This document shows positions 38,211 to 50,262 of a DNA stretch of 64,000 nucleotides, in pieces. The notes under the pieces were generated by a model. The model was not told the origin of the DNA and made no database searches. It saw only the letters and a list, made by a program, of their open reading frames with translations. The DNA is taken from positions 84,320,001-84,384,000 of the forward strand of contig NC_091480.1 in the NCBI RefSeq assembly GCF_036971445.1, given 5' to 3'. Every line of letters starts with the position of its first letter. The stretch's first letter is position 1. Position numbers and translations under genes: made by a program. The DNA comes from Narcine bancroftii (lineage: Eukaryota).

Positions 38211-38971
38211 GTAGCCAGTTAAGACAAAGCACATTTAAATAAACAGGCCACATGTTCTCTGAAGATCAAACAAATGCTGGAAATCTGAGGTACATCAGAA
38301 ATCTTTGTGGCCAGTTCTGATTCTGACCTTCACTGTATCTACTAAAATGAGAAGCTTGTCATTGAAAGAATTAATTCTTCCTGTCGATTCAGAAGAATTA
38401 ATTCTTCCTGTCGACTCAGACTCAAATTTGCACACAAAAGAATGCTGGTCAGACAACGTTCGTTGGCCGCGGGTAACTGAAAACTGCGGAAAGTGAAACC
38501 GCAGATAAGCGGGGACCACTGTACTCACTATGCGAAAAAGGTGCCCTTTTTGTGCCCCTACCCTGGGCAATAGACTATGGCTATTTACTTTATCTGCACC
38601 TGTCATAATTGTATCAATCTCTGTAAGGTCCCTTCTCAGCGTGCATCCTTTTTCATTTATAATTACATCTACCATAGCCGGGTAATCAGAACTGGACACA
38701 ATCTTTCAGACAGCTGGAAACATTGGGTCAAACACTGGGTACCCCAGATGCAGGAAGAGAAAGGTGGGTGGTTATTTCCCTCCGAGCATCCTCTTTCACT
38801 GCCACCTGCAGTTTGACCTCAGGCCACCATCCACTCACTGGTTGTCTGAATGAGGAGCAAAGTGGAAAGGAATACCTGAAGGATTTTGGAGATGTTAAAA
38901 AAGGAATTACTATTACTTGAGGCAATGCATTACCTGGACACTCAACTGTTTAATCATTTCATTCTTTCTAG

Positions 38972-39084
38972 TTTCTGAGAAATTGACAAACAAAGGGTTT
39001 CATCAGGTTTCATTTCGAGGAATTGACAAAACTGCAACTTTGAAAGTATCACCATTTATTAATGGTGAAATTGAGCGCATAAAG
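38972..39084 (+). CDS. IFI35: IFI35 coding exon 8 of 9 (NID2)
   Basis: ttctag|(I)SEKLTNKGFHQVSFRGIDKTATLKVSPFINGEIERIK|gtatgg. Confidence 0.93.
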
Positions 39085-39858
39085 GTATGGAATCTTACTC
39101 TGTCATTTGCCTTTTGCTCATTTTATAAAAAAGTCTTTAAACTTCGAACAGACAGCAATTAGAAATATAATATATTTCTGATAGGTATTTAAAAGTGGAG
39201 TTTTATGGCCGTCTGCAAACAATAGGGGTTTCATGCAACTCCCCAACTCTGCAATTGTTACAGCTGATTAGATTTGATAAAGTTGGATCTCTGCCAAAGG
39301 TTCTAGGTTCAATCCCCATTTCAAGAGGTTGAGTTCAGAAATCTATGCTAATTTGAGGGAGGGGTTGCTTTGTTAGTGATCCTACTTCCTATTGTTCAAT
39401 ATCTTGTCTGCCACTCTCATTTTCCATTTAATGAGCCATCCTGAGTCATGTGTGTGTGTGTGCGTGCATGCATGCATATGGTCACATGCATCCATTTCTA
39501 TGCATGTGTGTATGGGGCACTGAATGTGAACATGCATGTGTGTGTTTGTGCGCTTGGTGGTCTTTTCCTCCTTCCTTTTTTTGACCTGTTCATCAATTGA
39601 GTATTAGCACAGAGCTGTGAAAGGGATCCAGCAAATTAGTTAGAAAGAGACCAACACATTTGGTACAAATAGGTTATTTGGATGTGGACCCAAATTAGCA
39701 ACATGGCAGTAAAGACATGCAATTCGAGTTACTTTCACTCCTGCGGATACATTCCGCAACAAATGCTTCCTGTCTTACTGAATACTTCTGCCTTGTCTTC
39801 AATTCCTGTTGTACTTTGGATTATTTTCACATTGCTTTGTTTTATGTTTTACTTTCAG

Positions 39859-40068
39859 GTAGGCGAGATTATTTCTAAAAAAAGTGTGCTGCTTACTGGA
39901 ATCCCAGACATACTGGATGAAGAGAACTTTAAAGACTATTTGCAGATTCATTTCCAGAAAGCCAGCAATGGAGGTGGGGAGGTGGATGCGATTATCTACA
40001 TCCCTGAGGGGAAAAGTGCAATAACTTGCTTTGAGGAAGACAATGAGGAGATATCTGAAGATCCATGA
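39859..40068 (+). CDS. IFI35: IFI35 coding exon 9 of 9 (stop)
   Basis: ttcag|VGEIISKKSVLLTGIPDILDEENFKDYLQIHFQKASNGGGEVDAIIYIPEGKSAITCFEED...*; total CDS 1155 nt = 384 aa; IFI35 rather than NMI is favoured by adjacency to RPL27, as in human. Confidence 0.95.
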   Translation, partial: VGEIISKKSVLLTGIPDILDEENFKDYLQIHFQKASNGGGEVDAIIYIPEGKSAITCFEEDNEEISEDP

Positions 40069-40362
40069 TTTTAATATTGGAGCATTGAATGTTAGCTAAG
40101 GATGACCAACTTCTCTTCCTGTGATTTTTAGGCACCCTGAATGCGTATCTGTTTCCCAACTGGAGTTCTCAGCAAAAGTGTGTGCAGCGAACCAGCAATA
40201 GAATAGATATACCCAACTCCTCCCTATACTCACCAAGCATGTTAGGTGTGTGCACATACATGTTTAACTGCACCTGTTTAACATGCTCGTTCAAAATATT
40301 TTGAAATTAAATTCCTGTGCATGGCCACTGGTGGTTTGATGTTGATTGGGGGAAGGCAATAG

Positions 40363-40368
40363 AATAAA
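40363..40368 (+). terminator. IFI35: Candidate IFI35 polyadenylation signal
   Basis: First AATAAA, ~295 nt after the stop codon. Confidence 0.5.
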
Positions 40369-40976
40369 TATAGAGTTCTCTCCTTCATCTGATGGATATA
40401 AAACTTGACAGGTCTTTCCTGTTCCTTGAAGTTGAGAGGGAAACCATTTTCTCTAGAACCAATGATCCTGGCACTGTTATGAGCCACCATGCCTTTTGCC
40501 TTTGGTGCATTAGAGCTAGGGTTAATGGTCAGATACATGATAGTGTGGAGGAACAAAGGGACCTTGGGTCCAAATCCATACATCTGCGAAGGATGCCACC
40601 CAGGTTGATAGGATAGTTAAGAAGGCCTATTGAATGCTTGGCTTCATTAGTCGGGGGGATTGAGTTCAAGAGTCAAAAGATCAAGTAGCAACTCTACAAA
40701 TTACTGGCGAGACCACACTTGGGGGAGTATTCTGGTCACCTCATTATAGGAAGGATGTGGAAGCTATGGAGAGGGTGCAGAGGAGATTTACCAGGATGTT
40801 GTTTGGATTGAAAAATAGGTCTTAATGAGGAAAGGTTAGTAGAAGTGGGACATCTCTCTTTGGAGGGAAGAATGATGAGAGGAGACTTGATCATGGTCTA
40901 CTAGATTCTGATAAGGTGAAAAGCCTGCACCTTTTTCCCAGGGCAGGAATAGCAATGTGTACAACGTGAAGGGAGG

Positions 40977-42800
40977 TGTCAAATATAATTGAGGTAAACA
41001 ATTGTAATTAATCATCGCATAACGTGCATTGATCAATCTAGTTATACTATCATAACAGATATCTAACCAATCATCTTCAGAAAAAGTAAAACCAATATCC
41101 GCTTCCCATTTAATTTTAAATCTATCCCAACCCTTTTTATCCATACCATCCTGCAATATTTGATACAAAAATGAAATACATCCCTTCTCTGGTACCTTCA
41201 TAAGAGAAGTCTCAAATTTAGTAATTTTAGGTAAAATCATCTCTCTACCAAACATACATTTTACCAAAGATCGAATTTGATAATAGAAATAAAGAATTCT
41301 TATCAATACCAAAATCTTCCCTCATCTGATTAAAAGATAAAAACTTACCCTCTTTAAAACAATCTCCCAAATTTTTCACACCTTTAAATCTCCAATGCAA
41401 TAAACTTTGATTATGTATTGAAAAAGAAATAAGTTGATTATTATACAACGGAGTCAAAGCCAATAATTTACCCCTAGAACCTATTATTTTATTTTTCTTT
41501 ATCCATAACTTCATTAAATGTTTGAGTATAGGCACATTATATTGATGTATTTAATGTTTTAATGAATCAGATTTGTGTTTTGGATGTGGTGATATGGTTG
41601 GAACTTTTTTTCATGCTGTTTGGTCATGTATACATATACAATCTTTTTGGAAGAAAATTCAATTGTTTTTAGAATATCTGTATAAGATTAAAATAGTTTT
41701 AGATCAACAGTATTTTTATTGGGTAGTTTGCAACCTCTGAAAGGCTTGGGATTAGATAAGTTTCAGCTTGCTTTTGTATATTTAGCTTTATCCGTAGCGA
41801 AAAAATGTATTGCTAGTACGTGGAAAGATACAAATGTTCGGCTCCGAATCATGGGTCCTCTACCGGCACCACCTACGGCTCCTAGAACGCTTCCACCAGC
41901 GTTGTCTCCGCTCCATCCTCAACATCCATTGGAGCGCTCACACCCCTAACGTCGAGGTACTCGAGATGGCAGAGGTCGACAGCATCGAGTCCACGCTGCT
42001 GAAGATCCAGCTGCGCTGGATGGGTCACGTCTCCAGAATGGAGGACCATCGCCTTCCCAAGATCGTATTATATGGCGAGCTCTCCACTGGCCACCGTGAC
42101 AGAGGTGCACCAAAGAAAAGGTACAAGGACTGCCTAAAGAAATCTCTTGGTGCCTGCCACATTGACCACCGCCAGTGGGCTGATAACGCCTCAAACCGTG
42201 CATCTTGGCGCCTCACAGTTTGGCGGGCAGCAGCCTCCTTTGAAGAAGACCGCAGAGCCCACCTCACTGACAAAAGGCAAAGGAGGAAAAACCCAACACC
42301 CAACCCCAACCAACCAATTTTCCCTTGCAACCGCTGCAATCGTGTCTGCCTGTCCCGCATCGGACTGGTCAGCCACAAACGAGCCTGCAGCTGACGTGGA
42401 CTTTTTACCCCCTCCATAAATCTTCGTCCGCGAAGCCAAGCCAAAGAAAACAAATGATTGATATTAATAGATGACATAATGAGATGAAATTTGTTTAATA
42501 ATGGAAAAAATTACGTATGTTTCACATGATAATAATAATTTTTTAATTAATAAGTGGCTGTTATACTCAGAATATTTACATTTCAATTTATATTGATTAG
42601 ATTTTAATATTTATATTTAACTTTTTTTAATATTCTTTTCTTTTTTTATGGCTCTCCTTAGGAGAGTTGGCTGAAGGGGAGGGGGGGGTCTTTTTTTTCT
42701 TTTTTTTATATATATATATATAAAAAAAGTTCATGTTTAATTGCTGTATATGTCATATTATTTGTTTTTTGAATGAATAAATAAAGTTTTTAAAAAAATA
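40977..42800 (+). mobile_element. L1/Tx1-like ORF2 3' fragment with inverted 5' part (twin-priming structure)
   Basis: 40977-~41545 on - encodes KWEADIG...YAMINYNCLPQLYLTP; ~41550 onward on + continues ESDLCFGCG..GTFFHAVWSC (zinc-knuckle) to an A-rich tail. Confidence 0.75.
41837..42449 (+). mobile_element. RTE-clade (BovB-like) LINE 3' end, young, open frame
   Basis: Uninterrupted GSESWVLYRHHLRLLERFHQRCLRSIL...QLRWMGHVSRM...PCNRCNRVCLSRIGLVSHKRAC*; TSD acaaatg (41830-41836 / 42450-42456). Confidence 0.88.
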
Positions 42801-43359
42801 GTGAAGGGAGGAAAGTTTAGGGGAAACATCAAGGGTAGGTTTTTTTTTACACATAGAGTTGTGGGTGCCTGGAATGCCTTGTCATGGATAGTGGTGGAGG
42901 CTGAAACAAGGGCATTTAAGAGACTCTTAAGGCAGGCACATGGAAGAAAGAAAAATGGAGCATTATAAGGTAGGAAGGGATAAGTATTTTTTTGGTAGGA
43001 ATATACAGGACAGTACAACATCGAGGGCTGATGGGCCTGTACTGTTCTGTAATGTTAAAGGTACTATTAGATGATGTATCTCTAGCTGCACTGTTTTGTA
43101 ATGCTAGGCATCTCTTCATCCTAATGAACAAAATGAGACAGCAGAGGATCTGAATCAGAATATATTGCCAATTGTGAAGCCCAAATAAGAACCCCTCAAT
43201 AATTGCTTTGAAACCTTCCTTGTTAGCTATTGTTATAAAGGTAGACCATAGGACTAGTGGTTATGCTTTAATTACAGGAATGGACTTTTGGGTGCACCTA
43301 ATTCTGGCGAATGCAGTATAATTCTTAATTGTAATCTCCCTCAGGTCTGTAATTAAGAT

Positions 43360-44915
43360 CATTAGTCATATGAGCAGAAATGGGCTATTCAGCCCATCAA
43401 TTCTGCCCATTTTCCCACTTGGCCACACTGCCCAGCCTTTCCTCATAACCTTTGATGGCCTGGCTAATCAAGAACTTATCAATCTCTGTGTTAAATACAC
43501 TCAATGACCTGGCCTCCACAATAGCGTGTGGCAACAAGAACCACAGATTCACCTTCTCTGGCTGAAAAACACCTCTGCATCTTTGTTCTAAGTGGATGTC
43601 CTTCAATACTGAAGTTGTGACCTCTTGTCCTAGACTCTCCCACCATGGGAAATCATCTTTCTACATCCACGCCTTTCAATATTCGAAATGCTTCAACGCC
43701 ATCCCCCTCAATCTCTGAAATTCCAACAGGTACAGGCCAAGAACTGTCAAATGTTCTTCATACGAGAACCCTTTCGTTCGTGGACCTTTGGCAATTTATG
43801 CAATTTGCACTACCTCATCAGAGACCGAGTTGGGAAGGTGGACTGGTTCAAAGAGGGATGCAGGACATCGTTAAACTTGGATCTGTTCTCCAAGTATCCT
43901 TGTTTACCCTGAATGTATAAGAGGGTCAAGAAAATTGCAATTAAAAATAGTGGGTTACATTAAAAAAAAAGACATGGGTGTAAGGTGGGGAAAGATTAAA
44001 TGGTTGTAGTGGAGGTTTACATAAGAACTAAAAATAGGAGCAGAAGTGACTCATTCAGTCTGTCAAGACTGCACCCCCATTCAATGTGATCGTGGCTGAT
44101 CTGATAATAGGCTCATTTCTACTTACTTACCTTTTCTCCATATCCCTTAATTCCCCTATTAAGCAAAACATTTACCCAACTTGTCTTAAACATGTTTACT
44201 GAGGTTGCCTCCACTGCTTCAATGGGCAGAGAATTCAACAGGCCTCTGGGAAAAGCAGCTCTTCCTCATCTCTGACCTGAATCTTGAGGCTATACCCCCT
44301 AGTTCTCATGTCATCTACCAGTAGAAAAAGCTTCTATCTTATCTATTCCTTTCATAATTTTATATGTTTCTATAAGATGCCCTCTCCTTCTGATTTCCAA
44401 TGAGTACAGAGACAGCGACTCAATCTCTCCTCATAGGTTAACCTCCTCATCTCTGGAATCAACCTGATGAAACTCCTCTGCACTGCCTCCAATGCCAGTA
44501 CACCCCTTCAAGTAAAGAGACCACAACTGCAGCCAGTTCTCCAGATACAGCCTCACCAATACCATGTACAGTTCCAGCATAACTGCCCTGCTCCTAACCT
44601 CAGTCCCTCTTGCAGTGGCCAACATGCCATTTGCCTTCGGATAGCCTGCTGCACGTGCAAACTAGCCTTTTGCGATTCAGGCGCCAGCACTCCCAAGTCC
44701 TTTTGCACAACAGCCTGCTGCAATCACTTGCCATTTAATTAATAATCTGATCTTCCATTTTTCCTTCAGAAGTGCATAGCCTCAGAGAAACCAACACCGT
44801 ATTCCATTTGCCAGACACTTGCCCACTTACTTAACCTATCTCTCTCACACTGCAAGCTTTCTGTCTCCTCTACACAATTTGATTTTTCCACTCAATTTAA
44901 TGTCATAAGCAAATG
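43360..44915 (-). mobile_element. CR1-clade LINE fragments (antisense)
   Basis: LELYMVLVRLYLENWLQLWSLYL..., KVNLWFLLPHAIVEARSLSVFNTEIDKFL peptides. Confidence 0.7.
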
Positions 44916-45284
44916 TAGATACTACACACATACATAGATTATTACAAGATCATGGACTGAAGGACTTGTGCTGTAACGTTCTGTAATGTTTAGATACTAC
45001 ACACATACATAGATTTTCACAAGATCATGGACTGAAGGACTTGTGCTGTAACGTTCTGTAATGTTTAGATACTACGCACATACATAGATTTTCACAAGAT
45101 CATGGACTGAAGGACTTGTGCTGTAACGTTCTGTAATGTTTAGATACTACACACATACATAGATTTTCACAAGATCATGGACTGAAGGACTTGTGCTGTA
45201 ACGTTCTGTAATGTTTAGATACTACACACATACATAGATTTTCACAAGATCATGGACTGAAGGACTTGTGCTGTAACGTTCTGT
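44916..45284 (+). repeat. 75-bp minisatellite, ~4.9 copies
   Basis: tagatactac starts at 44916, 44991, 45066, 45141 and 45216. Confidence 0.95.
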
Positions 45285-47334
45285 TTTCACTGCATTCTGC
45301 AAAATGTAACATTCTATTTTAAAGTTTTAAATGTCATTAGTTTGCTTCCACTTTTGATGAATTTAAGCTACGTTCATATGCATTTGTGAATGCTTTACAG
45401 GGTCTTGTAGTTGGGACAGATGTGGGTAGTCTGGAAGGACCAGGATTTGTGGTCAATGAGGTGGGGTGATCACCTGAAAGATTTGGTGCCTGTGATTAAA
45501 AAGCCAATGGCCAGGGAAACGGCTGCGACCATGGGAGTATAAGGACTTTGGAGACTTCATGAGAGATCTTGTTAACGGGGTCAGTGCCAGAACGAGTGTG
45601 AGAGGAGGACATTAAGGTAACCAGGTGGGCATAGTCTTGACAGTCATAAAATTGGGGAGTGTATGTAAACCTCCTCTGTCCCTCTGATGTAGCAACTGAA
45701 AACCAAAAGCGCTGCTTTTATTGTGTTCTTATTGTATGTCAAGCTGGGCGCTAATGAAGCTTGACGCCAGCTAGTGACGCAGGCAGGGGTGGGTCTGACA
45801 GCAAGCGATGGCCACGAGCGTATGAAGGAGCAGCATCTCGGCACCGACCGTGTCTTGGGAGAGTCAGAGAGGCCTTAGGGAGATTGTGGAATTGTAGATT
45901 GCCTTGGCAAGGCATTGGCCTTGGTGTGGATTAAGAGTGGATCAGTCAAGTTTCAGTTCATGCCTGGGGGGGGGGTAATTCCCAAAGCATCAAAGTATTG
46001 GAGTTACCTCACAGACATCCAGCATTGCATGAATATCAATGTTATTTCTGGCACTACTGCTGAGTAGTCGGGAATGCAAGGGTAATCAGGGCCAAAATGT
46101 GCCCAGTTAAATTTCTGGAGTGTTGCCAAATTGACATTGAATTGGTAGATGTTACATCTCTTTAATAAATGTCAATTTCCTAACGTTAAAAAATTCTGCT
46201 GATTAATTATTGAATTTGTGGGCACCATTAGAAATCCAAAATATCCTTAGACATTCAATTCCAGTATCTCCTTCTGTTTCTCGATCTCCGATTTTGGTCG
46301 CATATCTCCCACAAAGTGCCTTGGAACATTTGGTTAAAGGACTCGTACAAATAAAGGTTCTTGTTTGTTTTGAACAGAGGTTGTGTTGTAGAATCCTTGC
46401 ATTTGTATATTGAATGTAGAGAATTAGTTGCCTATGTCTTAAAAATACTTCAGAAAATACTTTCCATAGTAATAGACAAACAAACTTGGGTAACAAATTA
46501 AAATATTATAATCAATATATTCAGTAAAAGCAATCATAGATTGAACAACCTCATGGACCGTTGAGAACATGACGCAGGACACCACCCACTTTGAGTGCAG
46601 AGGAACTTTGTTGGAGATGTCAAAATCTTCTTACAGGCAGTGAGAACGCTGAACGACCAAAGGAACTGCTCCCACTAACCGTCCAAGACACTGATATTTA
46701 TTTATTTATATGAATACTTGTCCTGCATATGTATTGTTTGTCTGCATGTGTGTTATGTCTGGGAGACCCGCACTGAATTGATGATATTTGTGCAATCAGA
46801 TGACAATAAACTTGACTTGAAAACACAGGGGCCACAGTCTCTGTGGGTTGGGCATGAGCAATGAGAAGCCAGAGGGACTCAGCAGTGTCCGTGAAGAGAA
46901 ATGGTCAATCAATATTTTGGTTCGGGGCCCTTTATCAAATTTCACGGAGTCCTTCCAGCTTTGCGTTACTTTCTCATTAATGCCAGCAACTGCTGCTCTT
47001 GTGGGAAGGTCATGCCTGGTTTGGGAAATCCCACAGAATGTGCTGGACCTTGAGTTATGCTAGTCAACAGCGCCAAGTCATGGATGCTTCATCCTTCTGT
47101 AAACCAGCAGCTTTTGGGCAGTCCACACTAAGCAGATAAGAGTTGAGTTCATTTGTGGTCTCATTGCCGAGTCTGTTGGGGCGAACCGGAATAGATACCA
47201 AAGCATCTTTCCCCCTTCCTGCTGTCTGTAAAGGGACTCTATCAAGAGGTGGGTGTTTGCAATTGCAGCTTCCTATGCAGCTTGTTGCCTTGCACCAATG
47301 TTCCTTTAATTCATTCAATTTTACCTTCCTTTCA

Positions 47335-47780
47335 CCCAATCACAGGAAGGAGGTACTGGCTTTGGAGGACGTGCAGAGGAGGTTCATCAGGATGATTCCA
47401 GGGATGAAGGGGTTGGCTAATGAGAGATTGATTTGCCTGGAACCAAATTCGATAGATTTTAGAAGAATGAGAGGAGATCTTCTAGAAACAAATAAAATTA
47501 TGAAAGGCATAGATAAGATTAAAATGAATAAGTTGTTCCCATTGGTGGGGGAGACTAGAACTAGGGGACATGGCCTCAAGATTTAGGGTAGTAGATTTAG
47601 GACTGGGATAAGGAGGAACTGCTTTTTCCAGAGGGTGGTAAATCTATGGAATTCTTGCCCATTGAAGCAGGGAGGCGACCTCAGTAAATACATTTAAGAC
47701 AAGGTTGGATAGATTTCTACGTAGTAGGGAAATTAAGGGATATGGGGAAAGGTGGAGATGAGTCTATCATCAGATCAGCT
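47335..47780 (+). mobile_element. CR1-clade LINE 3' fragment
   Basis: ALEDVQRRFIRMIPGMKGL...RRMRGDLLETNKIMKGIDK...TRTRGHGLKI. Confidence 0.8.
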
Positions 47781-48692
47781 CCAGGACATATCCTCAAAGA
47801 TGTTGACACCCAAGAATTTAAAAAAAATATTTTATTTACAATTTTCCAAACTTAAATTCAGATATCAATGTTATCAGTGTCAATTTTAACAGTATCAGTA
47901 TTGACTACAATTTACAATTATCAATTTTATCGAAAGTTTTCTGCAGAGTTCAAGCTCTTTTCATCCCCCTCCCTCCCCACCCTCAACATTTAACACTTAA
48001 CTAACCACAATTACACACAACATTCAAGACACTCACAATAAAGGTATGAAACATATATCAGGATTTTATGGTTTGTCACGACAAGACAGTCAGTGCTCAG
48101 GTTGTTTTCTTCTCTTGACTTTTCCTGGTTGGGATGGGATGGACCACTGATTAAGGGTCAGACGGGGAAGGTAGGGTGGTGAGGCACGATGGTCCACACT
48201 ATAACTGTGCTCCTATGGAATTTAGGTATGGTTGCCAAATTTTCAAAAAGATGTTATACTTTTTTCTTAAGTTTTGCATTTCTATGTTCCGGCAAGTAAT
48301 GCTCAGGCAGGAATTGGATTTCCAGGGAACCACTATGCACTTCCTGGCCGCTGCCCCAATGTGATCATTATGAATTGGATTTGAAATTTGGACGTTCATT
48401 GTAAGTATTATGTCCATTATGCTTCCTAACAGGAACAACTCTGGGTTCTGCACGAATTGTTTACCTATAATCTTTTTCTAGGACTTGGCCTAGTTCAACC
48501 CAGAAGGGTAGAATTTGATCTTTATGACCCTCTCCTCTATTGCACCCTTGATGAGGACTGCATTGTGTCAAATAAGAGGGTGAGATTAGACTTAACTGGA
48601 ACTGTGTAGGATTCTAAAGATGAATAGTTCAGAGTGGGATTGGGTGAAGTGGCTGTCTTGAAGAAGAGCTCAGGCCTGAAACATCAGTAATA

Positions 48693-49046
48693 CGGATGCT
48701 CCTCGACTTACGATGGCTCAACTCACGATTTTTCGAAGTTACGATAGCGATACACATTCTAATGAAAATACCTGTTCGTAATCACTTAGTTCTGCAGTTT
48801 CACAATTTGCCGCATAGTGGTGATGGTTACTGGTTATTGTTTTTTTCAGTGTGGAATAAAATTATTCAACATTTGACTATAAAATAGGCTTTATTTTAGA
48901 TAAAGTTACCCAGTTATAGGCTCTTTTCATCCCCCTCTACGCACATTTAAGGTTGGCTAGGCTATGATGTACAGTATTCTTTGTCGACTTTTCCACTTAT
49001 GATGGTTTATCGGAATGTAACCCCGTCGTAAGTCGAAGAGCCCCTG
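48693..49046. mobile_element. Tigger4/Zombi-like MITE (TcMar-Tigger) inserted at a TA inside a Penelope terminal repeat
   Basis: TIRs cggatgctcctcgacttacgatgg / ccgtcgtaagtcgaagagcccctg; TA at 48691-48692 and 49047-49048; the flanks rejoin as gaaacatcagtaaTAtatctttat. Confidence 0.8.
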
Positions 49047-50262
49047 TATATCTTTATCTTTACTGAGTGAAACATGAAAGTCTGCAGATTGTATTACAGA
49101 AATGCTGGAGGAACAGCCAGTCTCACAGTGTACATAGGAGAGAGATACATTATCAATATTTCGGGCCTGAGCCTTTCTTCAAGGAATAAGCAAAGAACAG
49201 GAAGGTGCAAGAATAAAGAGACTGAAGACTGGCCAGGGGAGGAGTCCAGCCAACAAAAGATGTGAATTGGATACGATCAGAGGAAAGGTGAGAATTGGTT
49301 TTGGGTCTGTGAAAAGATGGAAAAGGAGAGAGAGCTGGGGGAAAGGCGACAGAGGGAAAGGGGAGGGGGACTTTTAACAGAAACCGGAAGAGTTCAAACC
49401 GATGAGGTGTTCCTCCTCCAATGCTCTAGCAGAGCATGAGATCATGGGCAGAGATTGGGGGGGGGGGGGTCACAGAGAGGTGAGTCTGGACATGAATGTT
49501 ACAATAAAGGTAACTTTATTGGAGACAAACAGGGGAAGACTTCAAGTGATATTTAATTACTCTACTACTACTGGACTCCAATACCAGTGGCCACCTATCT
49601 TCTACATGTTCCTGCACGTGTACATACTTCACAGACAGGGACTTTCAAACACACTCTTGATTCCCTGTACCAATGGGCATGTGGCTCTCTGCAAGCACTT
49701 TCTATAAGTGCAGCACACACCTTATCCTTGACTCCTCCAGTCACGTCCACAGCAGCAACCTGGTGAGCAATGTCAGGGACTTGGACCAAGACGCAAAAAG
49801 AAAGAAATGTGGTGTGCATTGATGTTTTATACTGTTCAGAGCTGGGCATCAGGCTAATGATGAAAGCGAGTCATTTAAATGAGCCAATGGTAAGGTGTGC
49901 ACTAATGGGTGGCCGGAATCCAACATTGATTGGCAGGTGATGCAACTTCTGAATAAGTTTCAGATAGGGAGCTCACATGTCAATCCACAATGTTCCTGAC
50001 ATGGAGGCCAAGTGTTCCTCCACAAGTGAAATGTTGCTTCACTTCTAAGGACTGTTTTTATATATATCTTGTAAATATATCCTTACCTCCTGTGAGACCA
50101 GCCGAGTTCCTCCAGTATTTAATGTGTCTTTTTACTACAATCACAGCGTCCGCGGGGTGAAATGTGCCTGATATTTCACCTGTCTACTTCATCTGGTGCC
50201 AGATTTCAGATTTGCCTCTCTTACTCTCATAAACTGTCACGGAGCTCCTGCCTATATTTTCT

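Larger units (their letters stand above)
40530..43055 (+). mobile_element. CR1-clade LINE 3' fragment hosting nested L1 and RTE insertions
   Basis: CR1 motifs (agggaccttggg..., gagagggtgcagaggagatttaccaggatgtt, FFTHRVVGAWNAL) on both sides of the insert; 11-bp TSD gtgaagggagg at 40966-40976 and 42801-42811. Confidence 0.8.

Noticed and set aside
38366-38420. 27-bp direct duplication (aagaattaattcttcctgtcga x2)
   Set aside because: Ordinary local slippage duplication in an intron; no further structure.
21608-40068. Calling the NID-domain gene NMI
   Set aside because: Sequence alone is compatible with either paralogue, but the position immediately downstream of RPL27 on the same strand matches IFI35.
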